Assembly (NCBI GenBank): GCA_040954595.2
Contig: CM082588.2
Span: 5,530,202 to 5,594,201 of the forward strand
Length of the DNA stretch: 64,000 bases
DNA from: Balanoglossus misakiensis
Lineage: Eukaryota; Animalia; Hemichordata
Direction: 5' to 3'
The notes below the pieces were generated by a model. That model ran no database searches, had not been told where the DNA came from, and was given only the letters and a program-made list of their open reading frames with translations. Every line of letters begins with the position of its first letter. The stretch's first letter is position 1. Shown here piece after piece: positions 50,224-64,000 of the stretch. Position numbers and translations under genes: made by a program.

Positions 50224-53200
50224 GTGAGTCAAAACACATTAGTCTTTGGAGTTTTCTAGGCCGCGAAAACATGTGAGTTTGTTTACCCTGCAACGTACTA
50301 TACTATGCGGCTACTATTAGTTACTCGCGCTCAATCATGTACATTTCATTCAGCGCGGACGCGCGCTGCAATCGACATCTGAATTGTTGCGGTTTTGCGG
50401 TTTGACTTAATTGACCCCATCTCCCAGCGTGATTAGACTTAATGGTTGTTCTGAAATTGTTTTGCGGTGTGGTCGTATCCGATAATAATAGGCGATCGAC
50501 AAAGTGCGCCGTGGGCGAAGAACAAGAAAGTGAACTTGCGGAACACAAAACGATTCATAATAAGTTCTAAAGGACGCACTGGTCTCCTGTAAATATTGCC
50601 GTGTTTTTTGTTGTTTGCATTTCGCCAGAGAACTTGTTTGTCCGACGACTTTACCAAGAACGAAGTTTTATCAGTTTATGCTGCCGTTGCCCGCGCAACT
50701 GTTAAAAGCGTCTCGCACCACTTTTGGATTTTTTACTTAAAAAATTGTCAAGCGCTTTTAACTTTCAACAAGGAGGGTGGGGGTGGCGTTGACAGCTAGA
50801 CCAACTTGGGGCCCGGGGTGGAGAGAGAGGGATTTCAAATTTTGTCCAGCAAATTCCGTAGATCAATTGTGACCATTAAAAATTACATTGGTCAGCTTGT
50901 ATTGCCGTTAACGTTTTTCTCACACATTACTCGACATATTTACTGTGGACCCGAGGAAATGATCAGTCCCCCAAAACTATGTTAACTTAAAAACTGGGTC
51001 ACCGTTGAGTCGGTCGACCCGAACAAATGCGGTTCTGTTTTCTATCTGAAACACTGCACTCAGGCTTTTAGGCGCTGTTCTCCTAGTGGAGCATTAATTC
51101 GCGAGAATAATTTACAAATAAAAGGGGGTAAGAATTAAATCAAACGGAAATAAAACCAGGCCCTGTCGCGTCGTCGAATTTGTACCAAACACATACACGT
51201 GCCCCGGTGGTCTATGGATTTTAGGAGTTGCATTTAGCTTTGTGGTGGAGTTAATTTGACCATTGCCTCAGTAATAAAACTACAATAGCAGCAGATATGC
51301 TGGAGAAGGCGCTGGGGCGGTGTATACTCATCTATAAAGCGAACCCAAGACTTGGGCTGGTATGCGATACTTTAAAATGCAAATACCGCAACTTTTCAGG
51401 CCTTCAAAGGAGAGAAAAAGGAACAAAAGAAGCTACTATCAATAAATCGCTTTCTTGAAAAGTGGGTCGGTCGTTCACATGAAGAGCTGTGGTGGTGTTG
51501 CCGCCTCCGTATTTACAAAAGCAAACTGTGGGATTTGACAATTTAGTTAATTATCGCCTGTAATCACTATAAAAATAATCTGCCGAGAGAGATTCTGCCC
51601 GACTGCCCCTAATCGAATAGACTTTTGTGCTCTGTATGGAGTTTTTTTCTCTCAGCTTTCTATCTGGTGTAGGTAATTGCCCTTTTGTTTTACGTGCGAA
51701 ATGTGTGAAAAGCAACCAAACATCGACAATGGGGTTTGTTTCAAGGAATTTTAAGTATTACAGGGCTTCCCTGCATTTTGTATCAAACGATATTGGTTGA
51801 GAATTTATCAACTCTCAGCGATATGATTACCCCCACCCCCCGAAGTGAACACGCGAGTAAAACTTGTACCCTAACAGAACTGTAACTTGTTTCCCACAAA
51901 ACATGCGCAAATTCCCGTCAATCTTTTTTTCAGAAATTCACGAAATAACGACTCATTTTAGCCACAGTCAGTGACTGTGCTTTTATAGCGCACGTTTACC
52001 AATGCGAGTAAGTGACTATAATTGAGACAGTGGTCGAAATCATTCCAAAGATGGTTAACTTTTCAGGATTTACAGAGTCAGCCCGAAAAGGCAGTACATA
52101 ATAGGATTAGAACAATTGCCAATGCCTTTATTCTGCCTGAGACAAAGGGTTGACAAAAGATTTTACACAAATTGCTATTGTTACAGGGAAATTGAAAGAT
52201 TTCGTTAACTTGCCTCTTACTTGAAGAAAAAAAGATGTGGCGTAAATAAACAGTATTTTTTAAAAAATAAAATCGAAAGTAGTCACTTTTAATGAAAATA
52301 TATGCAGGAGGTCCTTGAAACCAGCTGGCCCTTGAAGTGTTTATTCTTGATCAGTGAAGTAAAAAAAGGATCGCTTCAGTGAATCCATTGATTTCGATTA
52401 CGTCACGTATTGTTTTTAGCATTTACACTGACTTAACTTTAGACAAAGTGGTTGAAAATTGTGCGATGCGTAGATACACACACATAGAATATTTGCCTGA
52501 AATTAAAAACCAGAAACGAAAGTTGTAATGTTTGCTGGATGCTAGCTACCACATGGGTGACGGAGGTGGGCGGGGCAAGGTCAAAGTTGAGGTCACGGTG
52601 AAAGGTGACTGAACTTCCAAATGAATTTGACTTTGTTGTGGGTAACTGGTCGCTCATTAATTATTCATTTTCAAGGGTATTTCTGCCCGAAAACAGTCAC
52701 TCTATGTCATTGTTTTAACTTTGAAATGTGATTATGGATACGTTGATGAAAATGGAAATGTACTGTGATAGTGTGTAATAAGGCTCGGACCATTTGATAT
52801 TGGAGGGGGTGTCCGGGAAGATATTTGGAATAAAAGATTTTAACTTCAAGGGGACAACTTTCTAAGAAAAATTCTACCGCAGTAGGCAAGAAAAACAAAA
52901 GAATTGCCAAGCATAGACAATGGGAAATTAAACCCACCAATAGTATCCTAGCAACAGTCATTCAGCATAAAAGCAATTGTCTCAATGCCTGTACTTTCAA
53001 AACTAGTTTTTCTCAAGATATTCAACATATTCTTTAGTGTATGTTAATAAAACTTGTTCTCAAGCAAGTTAACAATATCATCTGGTTCCTCAAGGAGGCG
53101 TAATTCTTCTGAATTTGCAGCAATGATTCTTTTTAAGCTGGTGGATTTCATCTTCCGGAGATTTGCGCTGTTTGGCTGGCAGCTCTCCACTTGTGAAACA

Positions 53201-56200
53201 GTGAAGAGGGACATTAAAGAGGAACGTACATAGACTTCTGTATAGCTGTTCAAGAACTATCCCAAATCCTTTCGATAACTTATAATCTCCTCTTTAATTT
53301 GACGAAAAGTGGGGCGCAACCCAGCTTTTCTGTGGAAGCATTCTGGTCAAAACACTCATGAGAGACGTCGGGCAAAACAACATTGTCTATATTTAGAATC
53401 GCGCATCGTAGCCACTTCAGATTGCCCTAATCTCCATGTGGGGCACACTGTGCAAATGCGTTTATTGGAAAGTCCTTCAGGCCAATCGGCCAGTCCGATT
53501 AGAAGATCCAGCCAGGAGATTTCTGGCAGATAGCTGGAGTGAAAAGCTCTGGAATAATTTAACACAGGCCAACAAAAAGCTCGCCTGTGATGGGCGACTT
53601 GTTTCATTTGAATTGACGTAAAAACAACAGCAACTGAACAAAAGTGGTGAAAGATAAACAATGTCCAAAAGGTATGCTGATATTGGCAGGTGCAAGTAAA
53701 AGTGAAAAACATTTGCAGCAAACTTTGGGAAACTTTCCCTGAAGTATATCAAAACTTCTCAAAACTCTTGATGTATAGCATGTGATAAAATATTACAAAT
53801 TTGAAGCTTTCTATCAGAGTAATACGGTACACAATTTTTTATTTCGACGTTTGTCTCAAAGCGGTGGCCATGTTGCTTGTTTTTCTGTCATTGAAAGGTG
53901 GCAGTACCCTTCAAGGCAAAAGTAACAACCCATTGGCAAACTTCCTTGATTGACTCAGACAATGCTGAAATTGAGAAGTTAGTAACCCGTTTACAGAGAA
54001 ATTACTGCATTAGAATGAACTGTGGTGTTGTAATGGTGTAGGTGTATTGGTGTGGAAAATACCAGTCTCTCTACATAACCTTTTGCAATTGATGAAATTC
54101 AGACCACAGTGCAGACAAAATTGACTGGAAATAAACACAGAAATACACATATTCATATATACACCTCAAACTTAACCATTTTTCATATTAGGAATTTTTT
54201 AGTATTAACTAATAATAAAAGTAAATTCTAATTTAAAGTCAGACCAACTCCATTGTTGAACATATATATACAGTGAATTAAAATGGAAAAATTATGCAGC
54301 ATTTAAACGTGATCAATCAATATGCTAAGTAAATAAAATTTAATTAAAATAAAATATCTTGTAATTTTCCTCGATTAGAGTTTGGCAACTTATTTGAAAG
54401 CTAAATTGTATGGGCAAACATGAATATAATACATGTATCAGGTTCCTGAAATAATCTGTTCTGTAATTCTAAACATGTTTAATGTTTGCAATAAAAGTTT
54501 AATTACCCCCAGAGCACATATTATGTCAATTTTGATGCACACTTACATAGAACTGTTAAAAGATCATATTACATTTATAGCTTTGTACCAGTACCATTTC
54601 TCTTCCCCCAGCAATTTGCATGATATTTGAAAAGTTATATTACAAAAGACATATGAGTGAAAAAAAAAAGAACTCGGTCCACTAGCTTTGCTCCTCAACA
54701 TATTTTGGTGTATGAGTGCTTACATGTACTTCTTGCAAAGGTAACCAGTTGCAAGGAGTATAGGGACTTTTCCATGTTCCACCTGTTTACGTTCCTCAAA
54801 GTTACATGACGTAACATCTTTAAGTGAAATGCCTGCCTGGCTCCCACACTTGAGGTGTAGTGTATATCAGGAGGGTTGAGAGTTTAACACCACCCACTTG
54901 AGCTGTGGATGGCCTCTGTACTGTTTAAAATTTCAACTTGAATACGCCACTTTAGATAAAGTTACACGCCGGGATGGATATGTTTCTAGTCTGTCATCCA
55001 CTTCTTTTATCGGAGGGCAGTCACTCCAGAAACGATATGGGCATTTAGGGGGGAAATGCTGGCTTTGTCGCGTTGATTGGTGGGTTTGCCCCCCTTTCCA
55101 TTGACATGCCGGTCATTCTCCGGGCTTTGTGACCACTCTAGTGCGCCACTTTGTCAAAACACTGGTTTTAAGCCACCTGAGTTGGCCTTTTTTTCCTTTC
55201 AGTCCGGCATTCCGGACCGCTACGATCTGTGTGGTCACGGGTTTTTACCCATCTACATTCTCATCAATCTGCACGCCTTGCTCGAGAACGTGGATATCTG
55301 CGTATTTTCAGATTTCACTCCAGACTGGTGATTGAAACAAAAAAAAGTATTTTTGGCACTCCCGCTGGGTGAAGTGTGGTCGACCAGTTGCTGGGAAGCC
55401 CCACCACAGAAAATAAATACATCTGGTGGAATTTGTTTACTTCAGTTTGGTGATCTACTCCAGAGAACTCCCTTTGTTTAGTTCTGATTTATGTTCCAAA
55501 AATAATAATTTGCGTTCGACTCAACATTAAAGATGTACTGGCTTTGATTTTGACAGACTGGAGTTGGGACTAGGCGTGTCATTGCTGTCAACTGTACGAT
55601 TCCAATCTGTAATCGCATCATAATCAATTAACGTCAAATATGTATAAGCGGTTGCCTGTCATGAGATTAGATTTATAATTATAGATTATCACATACAGCT
55701 GTCCTGTGTAATCTCTTTGCAAATCCTTGACTTTTGGTCCGACAGGGATCAAGTACATACCATGCGTCATGGAGAGATATCTTAATGCTTTGCAATTCGT
55801 GCATTGTATCAGTAGTAATTGCTTTTCTGTAGATAAGGCGATGAACATCAAATTGTTTTTCATTTCTCTATGGAATTATGATCTTCATCTTTGTCACAAC
55901 ATGAGTCAAACTTGTAAGCAGCCAGTCAAGAGACTTTCTGAAACTGTTCTTTGTAGACATGTGGACAAAGATAGGCCAATTATTAATTATTACATATCTA
56001 GATAACATAGGGACTAGTAACAAAGTGGCTACTTTAGACAAGTTTCAACCATATAGAGGTGGCCAATACTAACACAGTACATTGAACAATTACCACTTAA
56101 TGTTACTCGGCCTAATTATTCGTCACTATGGGAGCATTTTGGAGTCACTCATTCATGCAGTTTACAAGCAGAAACTCTTCTGTGTGAGCTGTGTTTTAAC

Positions 56201-59200
56201 TGCCATGTTGAAAATCACACAGTTTGGACAGTTTCCCATGAGAAACAATAGGATTGGCATAGACCTCATTTGAGTTATGGGCAGTGGCATGGCAAACGCC
56301 TGCCATCGGGTTAGTACAGCTGGCACATCAAGTGTAGTGGAGCATGCGTGCAAGCCACATAAATTAGTCAAGAAAAAAGAAAGGGACAAATTTGTATTTC
56401 TCATGCATTGAATGAAATTGTATATCATCGTGCGTACGGGTGGGTGGAGCCCTCCTCTGAAGGTACGGGTGGGAAAGTCACTCGCCCACCGACGGCTGAG
56501 TGAATACAATCCCCACCACTATAATTTGGGTGGACGGTCGGCTTTTGGTGATCTGAGTGGCGAGGTCAGAGGTTAAAAGGTGTAATCATTTTACTCTGAG
56601 GAGGTCGGTTTCATCTTACACCCCAAAGCTTTCTTGAAGACATTGTGCAATTTGTTACCTGATTGGAAAGTGACTGCATGTTTTGGACGGCCATGAGCTC
56701 CATCATTTTGGCTCATGCAGAATCCACATGCATGCACACATGTCGACAGAAATGTTTATGAGGTGATTTACACACAATAAATTATCATGATGTGAGAAAT
56801 GAAACATCACTGCCCTTCCCATACACATGTACATTAATTTTGATGTTTTTGGTTGCTAAAATATTTTAGTAATAATAGTATACTTTTTATCACACTGAGA
56901 TTATTTTTCATTAGTTTATTTTTATTTACATGTTTGACACTTAAAAAAACTTTCATTTGTTGATTTGTAATGGTTTTTGGTATGATTCTTGCAGGAGAAT
57001 TTAGTACCAGTTTTAACAGAAAGCTACTGCCAAAAGAAAGTCTTTATCAGGGGACACACCTTTTGTGCAAACATTGTAGCGTGTTGAAAACAGGCGATGG
57101 GACATTGTGTGGAGGTTTTTTTTCATCAGGTTTTCAAGCAGAACTGGCAGAGGTGGTCTGCAAAAAAAAATAAAAACCCACTATACGACTCCCTATGCTT
57201 GAGTGATGACAAGGGAGCCGCGCTGGGCTGGGTCGTGACCCCTACAATTCACGACCATACTTTACCGTACTAGAGTGCTCAGAATGGTGACAAAGTAACT
57301 ATGAAAGAGCCAATTATACTCTACCTTTGGCGAGGACTTTACAAAGAGCACCAGCCGTGAGCTAACAAAAGTTCCCTCTACAATACCTTGTTGACACTTT
57401 CTGTTGGTGACTCTTTTTTTTGCTATGTACCTCTATTTTGTTTATTTGCAATTGACTAATAGAATAACTCGGTTGCGCCATGCAGAATTGTTATACGTAA
57501 GAGAGTATAGTTTTGTGTCATTGTGCGTTCTTAGTAAATCTTTCAGCTGTGAAAAGATCTTGAAGCGTGGTTGGTCGAATGGTGTTGAGTCATTTGCAAC
57601 AGGTTACCAAGCAGGCCGAATTCACTGATATATGCCGATTGTTTACTTGTTGACAGCTTCAATGACTTGTGGGTTTTTCTAGTGTTGCCAAGCAACCGTC
57701 TCACTATGTAGTGAATTTTGAGAATTCTTCGGGCGGTTCAAAGATTTGAACAGTCGGAGCGTGTGATATGCAGCGATCGATGGGTGATTCCTCAGTGTAT
57801 AGGTTATCACAGGGGAATGTGGAAACTTCTTGGCTGCAAGCCCACTGGTGACCGGGTCGGGAATAATTTTTGAAGTGGTATGAAACAGGCAACATTCCGT
57901 GGAATAAAATGTGGGCATGGCTGTCACTGACGGTTGGAAATATGTGGGAAAAGTGGGAAAAGTCAGTGCATGGCACAAAAACAACTCAAGGTGTCTTGAG
58001 AGTCACATAGTGATGATGACTTACAACATTCTGTACTAAACATAGTTTAATATGCTTGGTACCACACTGGCACTAGCTGTCATAGTCCTGGATGCATTGT
58101 TTACCTGGACCAATAGCCAGTACAGTGTGGTCCAAGTATTCCCTAAATGTCATTTTAAACTGGATCTTAATATTTCCATGACATAAATTTTTTTTACCAC
58201 AACAAGTAACAAAAACACACTGACTTTCCACAAGAAAAAGTGAGAAAAACTAATTGGTAAACTGAGACAGGCAGAACCCCAAGAGATATGGACCAGTTAT
58301 TAATAAATCACAATTTGGGAAACACCAGTGTTTCGCACTACTATAAACACACACAGCACTTGTTGATGAAACTGCGCTTGTTTTAAAAAAGCAACCGAAC
58401 AGAAATAGCTGCGTCCATTATCTCTTGACGCAAGTACAGTTCGGCCAGGGCCTGCCATGTGGCCATTGTTTGTAAACATACGCGTTCAGGGCAACTGAGG
58501 AATGCTGCTGTTGGGGGCTATGGTCAAGTTCAAGGTCACAGGTATCCTTGGCAATGCAAACAGCCACACCAGTTCAAATTGCCACACGTATACCTGAACA
58601 TGGTGGGATTCCGTCAGGAAGATTCAATAGTCAACATGAAAATCTCTAAATAAAAAAGGAAAGTGATTTTACATCCCTAAACTTGTAAGAGTGATAAGAT
58701 ATTGATATTGGTCTTTGTTATAATTTCCTTCAATAGAAGAACATGATTTTAGAAAGCACAGGCACTGTTGAAGTTAGGCCTGTTGTGTATGTATAATGCA
58801 AAAAAACAATACACATACACGTACATCTTTTACTTGGTCACTGTGACGTCACCCACCGAAACAACGCCCGGTTTTACTACATATGAATTCGAAGATGTGT
58901 TTTGAACATTTTCATAACTGGTTTAAATGAGTACAGGGGCTTGAACGAGAGTGCTTCAGATTTGTGTTGTAAAACCGACTCGGTTGAACTGCTGGGTTGT
59001 TTGATGTCAAGAATCTCGACAGATTCAAGTGTGTTCTGAGTAATGGGACGTAGTGGCACGTGGTCACTAACAAGTGAATAGATCTATTATCCGACACCCT
59101 TCATCGTCAGAAAGAGACCTCTGTGTAAGTCCACCCTTGTAAGTCCTTCAGTGCAGGCCATAAAGAGTGAACTTAGACTGAACTCTCTGTAAAAAGTCAC

Positions 59201-62200
59201 ACGACCGTAGTGGCCCTGTCAAATTTTGTTTGATATTTGTGGGAGACTGTCAACCTGCTCTTAAAAGCACCAAAGTAAATTTTCAAGTTGTACATTAAGC
59301 TATAAATCTTCGTAGTGGCAAGGCATTATATACCTTCAGGGGAAACTTGGCCCATACGATGCCACTTTCTTACCATTGTCACTGAAATTTGCAGTTATTA
59401 AAATTCTTTGAGTTAATTGGATTACGAGAAAAATCATTGCTGGCCCATGATATGAATCAAACAATATCTAAAGTGAACATGGTGAAACCTGTTTCCAATC
59501 AGAACACCTATATGGTCAGATTTTTCTGGCCAAAAGTGAATGTTGAATAGAAATCCAAAAAGTTAGAAAACCGATCAAGGAACTCTGGCTAATACCAGGA
59601 GTGGTGTTTCATAGACAGTGTAATTTACTGCAGTTGAGGAAAACTCGTTTTGTTTATTTGAAACAAGACATGATAGATCGCTTTGTGAAAACCATGAAGC
59701 GATTATCACAGGGACGTGTACATGCCCTAAATGCCAATCAGGCGATATGGGAAGTTTCATTCATGCACGCATCGAGCAGTTGTTTACTTCTGTTGCAAAG
59801 TTTCAGTTATACGGGTCTAAACCCTGTCTAAACCTATGGATAAATTGTCACTTTTCTTGTTTACGCCGGACGCATTTGTGTGTTCAACTTGTGCGTTGAT
59901 CGATAACACCTGTACCGTGAAGGCCAACTGATGAGTTGAAAGTCAAGATGGTGGCAGTTTTTTCCATCTCCCAGCGCACCAATGGACAAGAGGAACCAGA
60001 GGTTTCATGGTAGCGGTTTCTAGTTCTGAATCTGTATCAATGATCCTGGAAAAGTTTCTTGTGTTTTGGATGGCAAGCTGAAAGCCAGTATGCAACCTGG
60101 GATAACATAGAGCTCTTTTGCGAGCTTGCTCAAATCCTTGATGTACATGTACTAGCTACATGTACTTCAGAATGGCTTAGTTTTCTGTATACTATTACTA
60201 TTAACCCTTTCACCCCCAGTTCTTTCTTTAGCGGTCCAAGTTTACCATAGAATTACAATGTATTTGGACCAAACCACTGTGTATCAGCAGTGGTCAGTTT
60301 GTCCAATTTGACTGCCAGCCTGTCCACTACCATCTTGACCATTATGCACTGTGGCCAATTGAAGTGGTGTTCATCCTTCTGTGTTATACCAGTAAAAACC
60401 CTGAAGTCAATGACACTTCAGAGCGGAGCGAACAAACCAGAATTTCCCCAACACATTCACTTCGCTAATTCACAGCATTATCCACGAATTTTCCAGGTGA
60501 ATAACAGGGAAAGAAAAACCTCGCAGCCAATCAGCCCGGACACCAAATTGGCTCCCCGGAGAATTACCCCCCCCCCCCCCCTCTCCAGTTTGCACGGCAC
60601 GACGCACTATTGATCAGCGGGTTGCCACTAATACACCAGGTTGCCTAATGCAATGATGCACTCATTGTGGGCAACCACTGATGTGCGACGCTGGGTCCAA
60701 TTTACTGGCCCACTGGGCATTGATCACTCTCCATTAATAACGGCCGCCGATTCGACCATTGTCGGTAACACCTTTTTTGGCGGAGTCATCGAATTTTCAA
60801 CTGCATCCTCCAGTTAATTGCCCCTTTCTCTGTTTTATGGAGAACGATTAAGGCCGGTTGTAATTAACCTGCCTGGTGCCAAGGAAAAACGGTTTTTCAC
60901 ACTACTAATGGAGCATAATCAAGGCCAAAAATCAAACCCCCGTTTTCCAATTCCACACAGCGTGACAAAATAGGAGAGATTGTCCTCATCAGCAGAAATG
61001 GATCCTGTCAGTTTGCCACAATTTGTAGAAGTGGACTTTCATCGCCCAACAAACTTGAAAACTAAACAAAGTAAAAAAAGAAGTTAATTGTTTCTTGTCT
61101 TCTACTGTTTTTATAAAGTTACAAAATTTTGAATAAGTCAATTCCGTTGATCTCACAAAACCTAGTGTAATTCAGAGGCTACTGTTTAACTGTCCAAATG
61201 TCACCCGCATCGGATAATTCCCACTAATTCCCCTTCCCTAATTAGTCCATCCTCATCTGCATAATGCTTTCATAATTAATCAATAGTTGTTAATTAAGCC
61301 AAACTTTGTGGGATGATACTCTAAATCCTCTTTATGCTGCAATGTCAGTCCTATTGCCAGTGTGAACACAGCATGTAACAGTGGTGTTACATGTCTGTGG
61401 TTAATGGGAACTGTGACATCAGTAATTGCTCACAACCTTTTAAGGTAGCATTGTCTAAGTTTGGAAGCTTAATGCTGTACAGTGGAAATTACCAAGGATT
61501 ACCTTAAATGAAAATTGCCTTTCGTTCTTTTTTTTGTCTTTGAGTGAAGAAAGTGAACTTTCTTTTTCCTTGCTGTTAAATGTGCCCATCTCCATATCGT
61601 AGTGGATCTTAAAGATATACTATCACAAAAATGAAGTTTTTATAGTGTTTTAATTAGTACATATATACAGTGTTTGTGACTGGCTAGGAAAAATTCCACT
61701 GTGGTTCAAGACTGGAGTCACGGCCAGATTGATGTCTGTTTTATGTATGATTGCTCATCAAATTTTACTAGGAATTCCGGCTGTAGCAAAGTTATTTCCA
61801 TGCAGAGGAACATTCCAAGCTTTGCCTCGGTCCCCTCCCCCCACTATTCTCATAGTGGTATTGCCAAGCTCACTCTGTACAATGTTCAACAGTGTGGGGC
61901 TTCTGTATTATAGAGTTAATTCGAGGGGTGAGTTAGGTTTCTCATTCCCACCACAGCATTCTGTTGTCATCACTTTTGGCCTGGAAGCAATTAGTGGGTC
62001 GGGATCATAGTAGGTGCCTTTGTCCACAGCTAATCAACCACATTCAAAATGTCATCACTCTAACATTGAAAATCAATGAAAGACTCCCTTCATTCCTCAG
62101 TCCACAGTGCTGGTACTAAGACATGCTACATGTAGATATCTCATGCTCCAGCTTTTTTATGGGTGTCTCGTAAATAGCCACTGAGATTGGGAAAGAATGT

Positions 62201-64000
62201 TTCTCAAAAGTAACCGTGGTGACATCGCTGGCACAGAATTATGAGCTGACAGCCTTATCAGTGTAAATGTACCTGTTTTTCATCGTTTTTGTATGGAAAG
62301 AAAATAAATGGACATCATGGTTTAAAGGCCAGCGTTTGAACATAATGATGGTAGCCAGATATTTTAGTATTTAAAATCTCACACTTCGTAAATTTTTCCA
62401 TAGATAATGTTCAGTTTTCACAACAGTATAGTCTTATTCTGGGCGTCCCCTCAGTATATTATTATACTAGCATTATCACTCATTACTGTTTACAGAAATA
62501 AAAAGACACAAGGGTTTGTCAACAATCTGTTTTATGTTTCTGTTTATCCAGGAGAAGTTGTACACTGTTGAGTTGTGCATTTTCTCCACAAAAAGCATGA
62601 GAGTCTAAAATGAGACTTCATGACTGTGTCTCAAGGGCCTGCGTGCTCTGAATCATTGATCGAGCCGCCCTTGTCCAAGTACGTGAAGTAGATGGCATCT
62701 TTAAGTTAGCTTTTGTAGTATTTTATTGATTATCAACAGTATCAGGGCACTTACTTCCTTTTACCCACTGGAGATAAATTGATTTTGTGGTGTGAAACCT
62801 GTGGGCTGCAAGATGTATCGGATAACAGCTCAATCAATATGTAGACATAAGGTAAATGGTTTATTTGTCTTGGACATGAAACTGTGAAAAGCTGGGATAT
62901 CACCCTATCAGCAATGCCATGATCTGTATAGTCATATGCAAATGTCCACCAGTCACAGGTTCATGAGTATTCATCAGAAAATGCCTGGTCATTCAGCTTT
63001 TGGCTACAAGGATATGGCATATTTCTTTAGATGTTACTTTTTTGAATAAAATTCAAACTATTATAACCTGACTGAACTCATAGCGATTTGTTTTAATGTG
63101 TCTGTGGGTGTTTTTATTTTAATGTCATTTCTTCAGAGTCTTTTTGCCCCTTCAAAGGTTGGCAATACAGAGTGACAAAATCCAGTCTTGCTCAATATAC
63201 AGACACCTGTCAATCTCAAATCGCCTCTGGAGGGGGACGTTTGATTCAAACGCCAAACGTCTCTTTGTGTCCCTCAAACGCCTTACGCAAGACCCACTCA
63301 AGATGGCTCCCAGCTCCTTATCATTCACAGCCTCAACAATATGTCAAATTCAAAACAAATACAAAACAATTCCCAACTATGCCAGACATTTTGGGCCAAC
63401 AACACCGTTTTGCCTCTAATCGCGTCTTTGGCAGTTAGACTTCTTTTGTTAATAAAGTGGGATAGGTGTGAGCTCCCCTGGCAATGCCCCAGTCCACAGT
63501 TCGCAACATTTCACCTTTTTATATCATGGTATTTTACTTGTAGCCTACATTCTCCAAATCTTTTCATCAATTTGTTTTGTAGAATGAACCAAACAAAGTG
63601 TAAATGTTCATCATGAAAACAGGATCAATGTACCTTACAGTCCACTTACATGTATTGAATAAAGTTAATTGAAGGCAAGGAACAAAAAATGTTAACTTTC
63701 TTGACTAATGTTGGCACTAGATTTTCACAAGTTCTGAGCCAATTATAAGTCTTGCAATTGGCAAGTTTGCCTTATAAGTGTTCAGAGAAATTAAAACAAT
63801 TAGAAAAACAAACATAGACACCAAATGCCAGAAAATATGTGCTGATCAATGTATGTACCATCACGGTTCCTGACACTTTTGTTTTGAAGAGAAATCGGTT
63901 CTGAAAGGAACTGTTTTCAGGGGAATACTTTTGGTTTCGACAAGGAGCAGGATTAACGGCGTTGAGTGAATAGAAGCAGTTGGGTCTATACACTGGAGAA

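Noticed and set aside
56995-57173. Possible exon 2 of the signal-peptide gene (ttcttgcag|GA, open in phase 1)
   Set aside because: No recognisable domain and no convincing donor. Similar candidates at ~62552 and ~63137 stop quickly or look random.

Overview
Intron-rich animal genomic DNA. An invertebrate deuterostome such as a hemichordate is plausible, but that is inference from gene style only. I rebuilt the gene models by hand from GT-AG boundaries with consistent reading phase. Left to right: (1) a mitochondrial-clan cytochrome P450 on the - strand, running off the left edge; (2) an 11-exon oxalate:formate-antiporter-like MFS transporter on +; (3) a complete 9-exon paralogous mitochondrial P450 on -; (4) a ~7 kb composite region (13.4-20.7 kb); (5) a gene-poor stretch with several MITEs; (6) a single-coding-exon 5T4/TPBG-like LRR membrane protein on -; (7) 10-exon CHORDC1 on -, with a perfect heat-shock element upstream; (8) the signal-peptide first exon of an unidentified + strand gene, whose first intron appears to fill the rest of the window. 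The composite region is the most unusual part. It holds a promoter-like segment, a decayed MYLIP/IDOL-type RING exon, about 35 tandem 88-bp units that are each a 68-nt hairpin, a second 42-50 bp satellite, a duplicated exon-like module and two long near-perfect hairpins. It could be an exon-capturing element or a structured/small-RNA locus; its function is untested.
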